Shown: piece after piece, positions 1 to 11,819 of the stretch | Layout: each line of letters begins with the position of its first letter | Position numbering within the stretch: the first letter of the stretch is position 1 | Assembly (NCBI RefSeq): GCF_001194135.2 | Contig: NC_068993.1 | Span: 21,190,984-21,224,249 of the forward strand | Reading direction: 5' to 3' | DNA: 33,266 nt | Origin: Octopus bimaculoides | Lineage: Eukaryota | Notes under the pieces: generated by a model | What the model saw: only the letters and a program-made list of their open reading frames with translations | The model's database searches: none | What the model was told of the DNA's origin: nothing | Position numbers and translations under genes: made by a program

Positions 1-1451
1 CTTTGCAGTGTCTGGGTGACCTCTTCAGTTGTTATAGGGGCCAAGAGTTGCTCAGGTGCTAAGTTCGTTGTTTTAATGGTCATTCTCTGGGGTTGTTGCT
101 TCACCGACCATATTTGTTTCCAGAATTCTTCCAGTTTTTCTGCTGTTGGTGCTGCAGTAATGTCTATTTTATTTTTACCCAGTTCTTGGTAGAGTTTTTT
201 GGGGTTGGATTTGAACTGTTTGTTTTGTTCAAAGAAACGTTGGCGTTTCTCATACCGGCGGATCCTTTGTGCTTTGGCAAGGATGTCTTGCTTTAGTTTT
301 TCTTTTGCCTCAGGTAAGTCTTTTTCTGTAATGCTGTATTTGTACAGTATTTTTGTTTTCTTCTTGTTACTTAGTAGTGTTGATTGTATACTAATTTCAT
401 TGAGAATTGATAAATCTTTTCTCTTTTTTAAAATTTTGTTCTGGTTGTTATTTATCCACAAGGTCTGTTTGGGTGGTAGATCTCCTGTTCGGATGGGTTT
501 GAGTGAGTATCCTTCTTCTTTTGTGGCTGGAGTGGCTGCCGCATATATTATGTCATTTAGCTTAGTAATAATGCCAGTTGTTTCTGTGGTTGTTAGTTCC
601 GTGACGGCTAGGTTTATGCTATTTATTATTGATGTTGTTTTATTGTCTATTTTGATTTTTGGGAGATATAATCTGTGGTCCATTCTAAGATCTGTGGTTT
701 TCCGTTCTTTGGTTATTCTCATTTTCATAGTATCGTAATTATTAGGTTTCCCTTCGTTATTCTCAGGCTTTAGATTTGTTTTGCCTTCCCTTTCATTCAT
801 ATGTTTGTCTGTGGTGTTCTGGATTGGTGCTTTTTGTACACTATTATACATCTCTACGGTCTGGGTTTGTTGTTTTTTGTTTACTTCGTTTTTGCCGGAA
901 GTGTTACGTTTGTCCTCGTGTTTTGCTATCTCAGTGTTTATATTATTATTTGGCATTGCTGTGTGACTACTATCTAGATTTTCCTGATGTATTTGTCCGT
1001 TCAATTGTTCTATTTCTATTTCTGATTTTTTTTTTGCTTTTAGAATATATCTTCTTATGTTAGCTAGTTTGTTAGGGTTCATTGTTTTATCGAGGTCTTT
1101 ATTTACATTATTTTTCTTCCATATTTTATATGTATGTGTTGTTGCGTTTTCGTATTTTGGGTAGAGCATTGCTGTGAAATAAGCGTGTATGATCGAAATC
1201 TATTCCTCACGTGTCCATTGATGCCGTTTTGGTTTTGTTTGCGGGACATGAGGAACAACGTCCGTCCCTTTATTTTGACGGTCATCGTTTTCGAAGGGTA
1301 CAGGTTCGTTCATTTCTGTTGTCAGATTGTTTTGCACGTTCAGATCTTCGGACTTTTTGCGTAACAAGCTTACAGTACGCACTTCTCGGTTGTTATTCTT
1401 GGGTGGAATAATACCGGTGTTATTTAATCTGTTTGTAATTTTTTTGTACAT
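1..1451 (-). pseudogene. R4/Dong LINE polyprotein, N-terminal ~480 codons, one in-frame TAG at 1200-1202, open to the window edge
   Basis: Hand translation: the frame of track ORF 1200..1451(-) resumes after the TAG and stays open for about 400 codons to position 1. The ORF track missed it because no stop falls inside the window. The plus-strand ORFs 93-1411 are antisense shadows. Confidence 0.8.
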
Positions 1452-1709
1452 GGTGTTTGGGTTCTGAGATGATCTGATCTTGATGTAACACGTGTGTTTA
1501 CGATCGCTGTGCGGGTAGTGGAGGTATCAAGTTAAAATACATCATTATATTTGGAAAAATAGAAATACATTTCAATGAGTATTACTTACTCGGATATAGT
1601 CCAACCCTTTGTCAGCTATTTTTTGGCTCCATGCGATGTCTTTATTTCCGATGTTTTTGGATAAATTTCGGAGCAGTGATTTATCGTTCTCACATGTTAA
1701 ACATCCCCG

Positions 1710-1710
<1 letters not shown>
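1..1710 (-). mobile_element. R4/Dong-clade non-LTR retrotransposon, 5' portion; continues beyond the window start
   Basis: The minus-strand translation has the N-terminal hallmarks of R4/Dong ORFs (KRHQWTREE..., KLANIRRYILK, LKQDILAKAQRIRRYEKRQRFFEQNKQFKSNPKKLYQEL, EEFWKQIW, PITTEEVTQTLQ immediately before the RT domain). Placing the 5' boundary at the (AAT)n junction (1710) is inferred; the true start could be nearer 1530. Confidence 0.8.

Positions 1711-1786
<76 letters not shown>
1711..1786. repeat. (ATT)n/(TAA)n microsatellite between two R4/Dong elements
   Basis: Perfect trinucleotide run read directly. Confidence 0.98.
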
Positions 1787-3018
1787 GTGTTGTTTTTTTT
1801 CTTCTTTCTTCAAATTTTCTTCCATGTCTCGCCGAGTGTTTTCCGTACACCTAGGGCAGAGAAGCTCATTGTTTGCATTCCCAGTTTACACACGCAATTT
1901 CACAGGTAAAATATGTATTAAAAAAAATTAATAAATAAATAAATTCATGAATGGATGTTGTTTTCACAGCAATAATGTTCTTCTCAGTAAATAAGTCGTT
2001 CCAGTAAACACTGCACTTCCTGTAGGGATGGTAGGCCTGGTATCATTTTCCAATATGTTTCAGTACCTTTTTTTTATCCTTCCTAGAGATCCTACAATCG
2101 GTGGTATGGTAGTCGACTTGAGATGCCACATTTTTTTCAATTTTTATTAGCAAGTCTTTATATTTACTGATCTCGTGAAATTCTTTCGCCGCTATATTAT
2201 GATCGCAAGGAATACTCATGTCAATTAATAAACACATCTTCTTTGTCTGATCTTTTATAATAATATCCGGTTTATTAGCTTTTATAGTTTTGTCAGTATG
2301 TACGGGGAAGTCCCTGAGAATCGACACATTTTCTCCCTCAGTAACAACTTCAGGATGGTGTTTATACCATTTGTCAGTGGTTTTGATTTTATAATGCTGA
2401 CATATTGTCCAGTATAAATACTAGCCAACTCTGTCATGTCTTGCTTTATATTCTACAGGTGCTAAGACTCTACACCCTGAGATTAGGTGGTCTACAGTTT
2501 CAATCTCATCGCTGCAGAAACGGCATTTTGGGCCAGCTCCGTTTTTTATCACATTGGCTTGGTAGTTCCGGGTTAATAAGCCTTGGTCTTGAGCAGCTAA
2601 TATGAAACCTTCACTCTCTGCTTTTAGCCCTGAACTTCGTAACCATTGATGCGTGCGTTTCTGGTCGACATCAGCTTGTTTGCTACGAGCCACATACTTG
2701 CCATGCAGAGGTTTCTGTTCCCATCTGCTAGCTAATTTTTCATGTGCTTTTGTCTTTGCAATTAATATTATTTTCTTTCCAGCAGCAGTTGGCGAATTCC
2801 CTTCGACCTGATCAATCTGGTAGGTATCTAAGAGATCAGTAGCGAATTTTTTGCCCTCTTTCAGAAGCGAGTGACGTTTTTTCGGTCTGTCATGTTTGTC
2901 AACAAGTTGCATCAGTTGGTTGTTTCAAGGTATTTGGCCAGTCCGATTGTGCTGGTTTTGTACGTAAGTTCAAGCTGGATCAAGCCTCGACTTCCCTGAG
3001 TTCTGGCAAGGTAAAGAC
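1787..3018 (-). mobile_element. 5'-truncated, degraded R4/Dong LINE (post-RT region, CCHC knuckle, RLE endonuclease, 3' UTR)
   Basis: Motifs: LYLARTQGSRGLIQLELTYK, WEQKPLHGKY, EGFILAAQDQ, zinc knuckle CRFCSDEIETVDHLISGC, RLE motif NKPDIIIKD...CLLIDMSIPCDHNI..KE...SKYKDL. It carries several stops and frameshifts. The 3' UTR runs straight into (AAT)n. Confidence 0.9.
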
Positions 3019-3079
<61 letters not shown>

Positions 3080-3112
3080 GTTATTGTTGTTGTTGTTGTT
3101 GTTGTTATTATT
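3019..3112. repeat. (TTA)n grading into (TTG)n microsatellite
   Basis: Read directly. Confidence 0.97.
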
Positions 3113-3645
3113 CCTTGAGAGAGCATCGCATGTCATCAAAGTGACAATGGGGTAAAATATCGGAAGCCCAGCACACCCATTATGACTAACCGTCTGATAA
3201 AGGTACACCAGGCACATGCATCACAACCATATGTGCGCGACATGGTGATCTTACATCAAGATAAACAGCGCATGACCTTGCAGGTGGGACCCAGCTAGAA
3301 GTTTCTTCAGGTCGAGTAGCCCATCTCGCTCAAAAGGCCCTTGAATAAGGGTTGTATCAGGATGTTGAACGAAACACTCATGTTTCCAGAGGTGAATTAT
3401 TCAAACCCCAAACAATTCCTCTCAACACATGACTGTGATACACCCCTACTACTTCTGCTCGTGATTAGAGATGCACATATTGTCAGCCACCAAAGGACAT
3501 GCTCAACTGGTTAAGGTCAAATAACTGACAAGCAAATCTATAACCCATTTTTTTATACCAAGACAAAGAAATGTACATGATAAACCGTCCACTCAGTTAA
3601 GATAAGATGCCATGAATGCCAGTGGTTGGTACTGCACCAGAGCAT
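3113..3645. mobile_element. ~530-bp non-coding interspersed repeat bounded by (TAA)n on both sides; family and orientation unassigned
   Basis: More GC-rich than the background, with sharp microsatellite boundaries, no credible ORF and no tRNA head. It resembles a recurrent octopus repeat that I recall but cannot verify here. Confidence 0.5.
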
Positions 3646-3690
3646 TTATTGTTATTATTATTATTATTACTATTATTATTATTATTATTA
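3646..3690. repeat. Imperfect (TTA)n microsatellite
   Basis: Read directly. Confidence 0.95.
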
Positions 3691-3800
3691 GAGTCAAAAT
3701 TAAAAGAATGCCATTGTCATCTAGTGAACAATATTTCGACATCTTGTGTCTTCAACAGAGGTTGAAAAAATAATTTTGTCAATCTACTTCATTTTGCTTA

Positions 3801-3865
3801 ATATATAAAAGATACAAGGATACCTCAATCCTTCATATATAAATGATACTAGGATACCTCAATCC

Positions 3866-3868
<3 letters not shown>
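3801..3868. repeat. Tandem duplication of a 34-bp unit
   Basis: ATATATAAAAGATACAAGGATACCTCAATCCTTC (3801-3834) versus ATATATAAATGATACTAGGATACCTCAATCCTTT (3835-3868), 31/34 identical. Confidence 0.9.

Positions 3869-3931
<63 letters not shown>
3868..3931. repeat. (ATT)n microsatellite
   Basis: Read directly. Confidence 0.97.
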
Positions 3932-4126
3932 TGGTAGAATCTATAGTACACCGGGCGAAATGCCTAGCGGTATTTCCTCCGTCTTCATGTTCTGTGTTCA
4001 AATTCTGCGGAAGTTCACTTTCGGGGTCGATAAAATAAGTAACAGTTGAGTACTGAGGTCAATGTAATCGATTAGCCCCATCCCCCAAATTTCAGGCCTT
4101 GCACTCATAGTAGAAAGAATTATTAC
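3932..4126 (+). mobile_element. tRNA-derived SINE (MetaSINE-like core), slightly 5'-clipped and internally deleted
   Basis: A-box-like TGGTAGAATC, B-box-like GTTCAAATTC, core TTTCGGGGTCGATAAAATAAGTA, tail GGCCTTG...GTAGAAAGAATTATT. Alignable by eye to the three copies at 18952-19618. Confidence 0.85.
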
Positions 4127-4619
4127 TGTTTTCTGCATTGTGTGATGCCTGTACATGACGGCTTTATTTTTGCGACTCCATCAGACTCCTTTCTCACGCT
4201 CTTGATCTCTTTCGGTTTCTATTCTATCCTCCTATAATAACCCTGCATCTTTATATTCGTATACTGATGTATACAAAATTTTATTTCTCTCTGTGTGTTA
4301 TGTATTTTTGCCAATAATGCGGAGGAAGATGAGCGACTGCATTTGTCGAGTAAGTAAGCACTTCCTTCAACCTGATCAGAATCGAAATTGATCTTTTGCT
4401 GGTTTCCTGAAACCCGTGTACATTATATTATGCATAAATGCCGATTGCGTGTTCTGTATTACTTTCTTTCTATATGCTACAAGCGAATTCCACACGCGAG
4501 CCTATAAAACATGGAGAAGATTGCTGAACACCGTTGGAAGTAGGAGTGAAATGTAGAACTGATGAACCGTACCCATAACATTTAGTTACGTGCCGCACAT
4601 CATCTTATGCTGATTTTGA

Positions 4620-4847
4620 TGTATGCATGTATGTATATATGTATGTATGCGTGCGTGTGTGTGTGTGTGAGTGCGTGCGTGTATGTATACACTGAAACGC
4701 ACACGCAAACACGCACTTACATACGAATGTGTGAACAAAGCTGTAAGACTCAACACATTTGATTCGAGTTATATGCATTTAATAGCTGAACAAATCAACT
4801 CAAACTGTTATTAAATGTATATCTGTATGTATGCATACATGCATGTG

Positions 4848-4883
<36 letters not shown>

Positions 4884-4975
4884 TGTATGTATGCATGTAT
4901 GCATATATATATATATACATATATATATGTATATATATACACAAACATACACACACAAACACATACGTAGTTTCA
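4620..4975. repeat. Compound (ATGT)n/(GT)n/(AT)n/(CA)n microsatellite block
   Basis: Read directly; the cleanest (ATGT)n run is at about 4857-4893. Confidence 0.85.
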
Positions 4976-6025
4976 TACATACACTTGAACACATGGCCAC
5001 AAATAAAAGTAAATGTATTTGCATATTTATTGGCTATGGGAAAACGGTCAATACCCAAAATTCATTTAAAAAAATCCAGATTAGCGTAGGCTTAACAGGC
5101 AAAAATGAATGCCCAACATCAACGTCATAATAAACATCATCGCATTCTTATTTTCCTCGAAACATAGCAAATCAACCAACCGCCCACACATACATCTAAG
5201 TACACGCGATTGTGTAAACGAAACTAAATTTTGAATGCGATAATAACTCGCGGTATACATATACAAATATAATAAAAAAATATGTTCATAATGATAACTA
5301 TAAATATGTGAATGCTTGTAAAAGAACCCACGACGTCCGCATAACATTCAGGAAATGGAATTTCTGGAAATTCATTACAATTATATTAGATGTTTAGTTT
5401 ATCATTACACTGCCTCATGAATATTAATTCAATTGTCGTTAAAAACAATAATGTCCGAGCAAACTCCTTCTTTTTTTTCCCCTGCCTGCATTCTGAGCTT
5501 CAATCATCGCCATGCCATCTCCCAACCAATCGCCAACCGTGCTGCCCTATTGTGTATTCAAGTTCAGAGGTTTGCAAATTACCTACAACTCATGTACGCA
5601 CACTAAAATCAATAGCCAACGGCACAATTTGTACATAGGAAAATCGATTACCCACAACATTTGTACACAATTTAAAGATATTTTCCCCATTTTATTTATT
5701 CCCATTAACTCTCACCAGTGGCGCCGCCCTTAGGAAAGGGAAAAATACAACAACAAAATAAACAGAAAGGAATATGTTTATCTAAAAGAAAGCTAAAACA
5801 AACAAAAAAAAAACCTGGATAGTTAAAGCATATAAAACCACGTAAGGAAATATAATACAAACTATAAAATGTAAATAAATATAATATATCGTTGATTATT
5901 TTTTATTTAATGTAAAATAATTGACTCTGATCTGCCTCATTCCCTAACTCGTTGTGTGTGTAGATGCATACATACATGCATGCATACATATCGATGTATA
6001 TATCTTTGTGCATATACATACACAC

Positions 6026-6068
<43 letters not shown>

Positions 6069-6469
6069 NNNNNNNNNNNNNNNNNNNNNNNNNNNNNNNN
6101 NNNNNNNNNNNNNNNNNNNNNNNNNNNNNNNNNNNNNNNNNNNNNNNNNNNNNNNNNNNNNNNNNNNNNNNNNNNNNNNNNNNNNNNNNNNNNNNNNNNN
6201 NNNNNNNNNNNNNNNNNNNNNNNNNNNNNNNNNNNNNNNNNNNNNNNNNNNNNNNNNNNNNNNNNNNNNNNNNNNNNATATATATATATATATATATACC
6301 GACGTATGTATGGTTTTGCGTATTTGTATTTATATGCCCATTTCTATTGAATTCTATTGAATTTTTGTTTTTTTAAAGGGGAGATTTATTTCGTGCTTTG
6401 CCTGGCTTTGGTTGGGTCTTTCGCTGAAGTATTACTATTACTATCACTGTGGCTAATGAAAGCGGCAGA

Positions 6470-6486
6470 TACTACTACTACTACTC

Positions 6487-6538
<52 letters not shown>

Positions 6539-6585
6539 CACTGCTGTTGCTGCTGCTGTTACGGCTGCTACTACCGCTGCTGCTG

Positions 6586-6645
<60 letters not shown>
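6470..6645. repeat. Compound (ACT)n-(GCT)n-(ACT)n trinucleotide microsatellite
   Basis: Two ACT arrays flank a GCT-rich core, producing poly-T/A, poly-Y, poly-L, poly-V and poly-S pseudo-ORFs. Confidence 0.95.
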
Positions 6646-6819
6646 TCATTAAGTACCATCAATATCACCAACTCCGAAACGTACGCTGGCACAACTTATA
6701 CACACATTACCCATTTTTCTATTATTTTATGTACATACATACACACAAACACACAAACATATATATTCTTGCATTTTTTACTGATTTAAGCCATGTGAGT
6801 GCGGCCACACTAGGGCACG

Positions 6820-6851
<32 letters not shown>

Positions 6852-7624
6852 NNNNNNNNNNNNNNNNNNNNNNNNNNNNNNNNNNNNNNNNNNNNNNNNN
6901 NNNNNNNNNNNNNNNNNNNNNNNNNNNNNNNNNNNNNNNNNNNNNNNNNNNNNNNNNNNNNNNNNNNNNNNNNNNNNNNNNNNNNNNNNNNNNNNNNNNN
7001 NNNNNNNNNNNNNNNNNNNNNNNNNNNNNNNNNNNNNNNNNNNNNNNNNNNNNNNNNNNNNNNNNNNNNNNNNNNNNNNNNNNNNNNNNNNNNNNNNNNN
7101 NNNNNNNNNNNNNNNNNNNNNNNNNNNNNNNNNNNNNNNNNNNNNNNNNNNNNNNNNNNNNNNNNNNNNNNNNNNNNNNNNNNNNNNNNNNNNNNNNNNN
7201 NNNNNNNNNNNNNNNNNNNNNNNNNNNNNNNNNNNNNNNNNNNNNNNNNNNNNNNNNNNNNNNNNNNNNNNNNNNNNNNNNNNNNNNNNNNNNNNNNNNN
7301 NNNNNNNNNNNNNNNNNNNNNNNNNNNNNNNNNNNNNNNNNNNNNNNNNNNNNNNNNNNNNNNNNNNNNNNNNNNNNNNNNNNNNNNNNNNNNNNNNNNN
7401 NNNNNNNNNNNNNNNNNNNNNNNNNNNNNNNNNNNNNNNNNNNNNNNNNNNNNNNNNNNNNNNNNNNNNNNNNNNNNNNNNNNNNNNNNNNNNNNNNNNN
7501 NNNNNNNNNNNNNNNNNNNNNNNNNNNNCACACACACACAAACACACACACACACATTATTCGATGAGAAATAGGGAAACAAGAGCCGAAATGCTCAACC
7601 CACCCATTTACCTACTCACCTGCA

Positions 7625-7625
<1 letters not shown>

Positions 7626-7677
<52 letters not shown>
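7626..7677. repeat. (ATCT)n microsatellite
   Basis: Read directly. Confidence 0.97.
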
Positions 7678-8982
7678 GTATGTGTGTGCCTGTATGTATA
7701 TGCATCTCTCCATTAATTCATGCATGCATGCATAGAAACACATACACACACGTATTTACATATACCTGTATGCATACATAAATACATTTATATACACATA
7801 TATATATACATACATAAATACATACACACATACATACATGCATATATGCACATATACACACACATATATTATATACATAAACGTACATACTATGTACACG
7901 CAAATACACTAATACACTAATATACACAATCATACACACATTTGTGAGTACGTCTATGTGTGCGCGTATCGAAAAGGATGTTTCAAGATGTAATAATGTA
8001 ATATTGAAATAACACAAGGTTTATTAGATTTTCCAGATATTATTTCGATGACAATATATCTTTATCAAATATTACAGTGAAATGAAAAGAGTCATGACTG
8101 TCGATGCATAATCGAACAGGTTTGAACTCATAAATGTTCCCCGGAGAAATCCTCTTGACCAGCTGGTTGTCTTTCTTCGAATACGTTCAAATTTCACTTT
8201 ATTGTAGGTGGATGACAATGCTTCATTTTACACCCCCACTCTTAATATTCAAACTTTTTCTCATCTGTAAATTATTAACAGAGGAAACCATATGGATTTG
8301 TATCTATATTGTATAAGATCGGTTTAAATAGATGAAAGCTTATCTTAAGTTGAACACAATTCGCCTGTTAATTCTGCCGTCTGATTTCTGATGTGAAATT
8401 CGCATGTTCAGTATATGAAAGAGCATGCATGATGCTGTTGTGCTGTTATGATATCTCAGTTTCTTTGTTCTGCCCATTCTCTCCCTATTAGTGGCAAATT
8501 TTCTTATATGAATGAGAATCGTTTCGTCGTATAAACTTAATTTTTCTGCTGAAAGAGAATTTGACAATCGAAGCATTGACAATTTTGGAAACCTGTACAG
8601 ATTCAATGATGCATTAACGAAATAAACTGTTTTACTTGAAACGCAAACAAAACAACAACAGCAACAACAACATACATACACGTATGCATATATATATANN
8701 NNNNNNNNNNNNNNNNNNNNNNNNNNNNNNNNNNNNNNNNNNNNNNNNNNNNNNNNNNNNNNNNNNNNNNNNNNNNNNNNNNNNNNNNNNNNNNNNNNNN
8801 NNNNNNNNNNNNNNNNNNNNNNNNNNNNNNNNNNNNNNNNNNNNNNNNNNNNNNNNNNNNNNNNNNNNNNNNNNNNNNNNNNNNNNNNNNNNNNNNNNNN
8901 NNNNNNNNNNNNNNNNNNNNNNNNNNNNNNNNNNNNNNNNNNNNNNNNNNNNNNNNNNNNNATATATATATATATATATATA

Positions 8983-10620
8983 TAGTTTTAAAGTTTTGAG
9001 AAATATATCTAGGAGATATTCTAAATGTAATAATTCGGAATTTTGTTATAGAGAAATAGGGAATGTTTATACAGGAAATTAAGATATTATAAAAAATGAG
9101 GAAGTAAGGGAGGGCATGAGCAAAGAGACAAAATATAGAGAACAAGGTAAAATTAGTAAATGTAATTTAAAGAAAATTATATTAAAAGCCATTAATGATT
9201 TCATAATTAAATTAAGTCTCAAACGTAAAGTTAAATTGGAGGAGTTCAATAGCTGGGTTAGCAAATTACCTTGTGCGGTTTTTAAGCATATAAAGAAATA
9301 TAAGAGAATAGGGGAATTGTATTATCTTTTAAACAGTTACATATTTAGCTTTAATCGTAACGAGGTTTGTAATAATAATTGTTAATTATACGTATTCTGT
9401 TATTAGTTTCTGATTTAATAAACCACTAGAGTGTGTAAACGAATTACATTAAAAGTATATGTTAGTGCCAGCGGATAAAGCAGCAGGGAATTTTGTAGTA
9501 ATTTGTAAAAAAAATATTATATGATGGTTGTAGGTGAGGAGTTAGGAGTAGATAAAGAATTTAAGTTTATAGCTAACAACACATACAAAGTTATACAGGT
9601 AAACGTTAATGAGATAGTTAATAGTCTTTATACCCACAGTAGAAAGATTGAGTGGTTTAGAAGTGGAAGAAAAGGATAAAAATATCCCTAAGCATTTTTG
9701 GATTCCTAAACTCCCGTAAAGTTCCTTTTCAAAATAGATTCATAGCAGAAACTACTAATTGTACACATAAACAGCTACCTATATTGGTTAATGATACTTC
9801 AAAAGTTGTTAGAACATATAAAAAAAAAAAGCATTGTGATATTTTTGGAGTATTAGATCAAGTAAGGAATTTCTGGACAGACCGATTAAATGCAAGACGC
9901 TTAAGAGTATGGGTGTTTAAGATTTTTCGACGCTATATACAAACTTAAATCTTAAATGTGTAGAAGGTATTTTTAATGTTTTAGATATTATATTTAATAA
10001 AAGATATAAATGTATATCTATAAATAATGGTAACGGTTTCATGTCTAATAGTTGATATACGGGATATACTAATATAAATATGAGAAAGATGAAAAAGATG
10101 ATGAGTTTTATTGTTAATAATTCGTTTGTAGTGTTTGCGGGCAGGGTGTTTGAGTAGGTTAGAGGAATTCCAATGGGTAACCCTCTATTGACGGACCTTT
10201 ATCTTTCTACATACGAGTTCCTCTCTCTGAAAGACCTATGTGCAAGGAAAAAAACTTGGTTTGCTTAAACAATTTAATGGATGCTGCTGAATATAATAGA
10301 TGATATATTTATACTTAATTATGGTTTCTTTGAATTTTTACTTATAAAAATATACTCTTGGGAGCTTAAGACCACCATAAATTGTAATAATATAAAGAAT
10401 ATTAATTATTAAAGGTCAGTTTAATAATTAAGGATAATAATGAGATATGTACTGACATTTATAATAAAACAGATAAAACAGATAACATGGTCGTGGTAAT
10501 ACTTCATATTTTATATTATCTTTTAAACAGTTGCATATTTAGCTTTAATCGTAACAAGGTTTGTAATAATAATTAATTATACGTATTCCTTTGTTAGTTT
10601 CTGATTTAGTAAGAATATTT
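8983..10620 (+). mobile_element. Degraded Penelope-like element (N-terminal domain plus RT), motif style most like the Naiad clade; may extend to about 11220
   Basis: Ordered motifs across frameshifts: CNNSEFCYREIGNVYTG (about 9020-9075), KETKYRE (about 9122), VPADKAAGN (9465-9491), FWIPKL (9696-9713), NRFIAETTNCT, DFSTLYTNL (9921-9947), GIPMG (10164-10178), IDDIF (10296-10310), TDIYNKTD (about 10450). No GIY-YIG domain was recognised. Confidence 0.85.
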
Positions 10621-11226
10621 TGGTATTATCTATTAAATTACTGCTACAAGTTTAACATTAAAGCATGTAAGGATAACGAATAGTTTGGAATTTTTTGATT
10701 ATTAACTTTGGGGTTATGAAATAGTGTAATTCACATAGAGTTAGTCATATTATTAGTTAAGTTCAATCGAGTTTATTATGTTTTGGAAAGAATAGAATAT
10801 AAAAGCTTTCACTTCTATATTAATAACTATGGAAGACTGGTGGGAATATTATCTATATGGACTTCAAAGGCTATGTTGCTATTTAGTTAAATAATTTGTG
10901 TGTTAGTTATAGGTTTACTTATAGAATTAATTTACCGATTATGTTTTTGTACATTGCGTAAATGTGGTTTCTCTGTTGTAGTTTAATTAATACAGTTAGC
11001 GTTTAATACTTCCTAGAATTAAGATTGAATGAATGCAGTGATATCTAAGGTATGATTGTTCCCAAACAACACTTATTTTAGTGCTGTTAACACTGCCGGA
11101 TTGAATGGTACTGCCCAGATGTCGAAACCATAGTGATATCCGTGGGGCAGCTGATGATAGAGTTGTGTTGGGATTGTTGGTATGGCTGTTATTGTATGTG
11201 CGGAATAGTTTTATAAGACATCCATT

Positions 11227-11281
<55 letters not shown>

Positions 11282-11623
11282 TACATGCATATACGTATTT
11301 ACATATTTGCATAAAGCTATATGTACGTCTATATACATACACACACATTCACATATGTTGCATATTATTGGCGTTACATACAGCGACACCGTAGTACAGC
11401 ATAAAAAGACGTTTTCTGTATCTTCTCACATTAATAGACATCAGCTACGGGCAGACGGGTACTCTGGTATGTCGTATCATGTCTATATCTCTTTAGTAGT
11501 TCTGATATTCTGGAGCAATGTCAACAAACTTTTGCATTTTTATCCTTTCATCACAATAGCAACTGCGTCTCTTCCTTAAAACATTGCAAACAGTTTAAGA
11601 AGATAAAGATCAATTGCATCTGT

Positions 11624-11819
11624 CTTTATCGTTTACTTGTTTCGGTCATTGCACTGCGGTCATGCTCGGGTATCAACTTGGACAGCTGTAATCGAACGAA
11701 TCGACCCGACTACTTGTTTTTAAAACCTGGTACTTACTGTATCGGCTCTCTTGGCGAGTTGCTGGAACAAATCAATACCGTTGTCAAGCTGTGGTGGAGG
11801 ACAAATGTTAACACACACA

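Noticed and set aside
93-1411. Hydrophobic plus-strand ORFs (such as 199..738) that look like membrane proteins
   Set aside because: They are antisense to the A-rich LINE ORF on the minus strand.
4320-4360. ATG...CGA|GTAAGT, a possible first coding exon; similar GGAG|GTGAGT at about 25236
   Set aside because: Isolated donor-like hexamers with no partner exon or recognisable peptide are expected by chance in 33 kb.
6357-7574. 405-aa ORF with a signal-peptide-like start and Thr/Ala-rich mucin-like tract
   Set aside because: The tract is a pure ACT/GCT microsatellite open in several frames, and the rest is N-gap. There is no codon diversity or splice support.
8340-8681. 113-aa minus-strand ORF
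   Set aside because: It starts in a microsatellite, has no recognisable motif and lacks convincing splice sites.
11120-11170. GAAAC...CTGATGA, a possible type II hammerhead
   Set aside because: Stems I and II cannot be formed and there is no valid NUH triplet.
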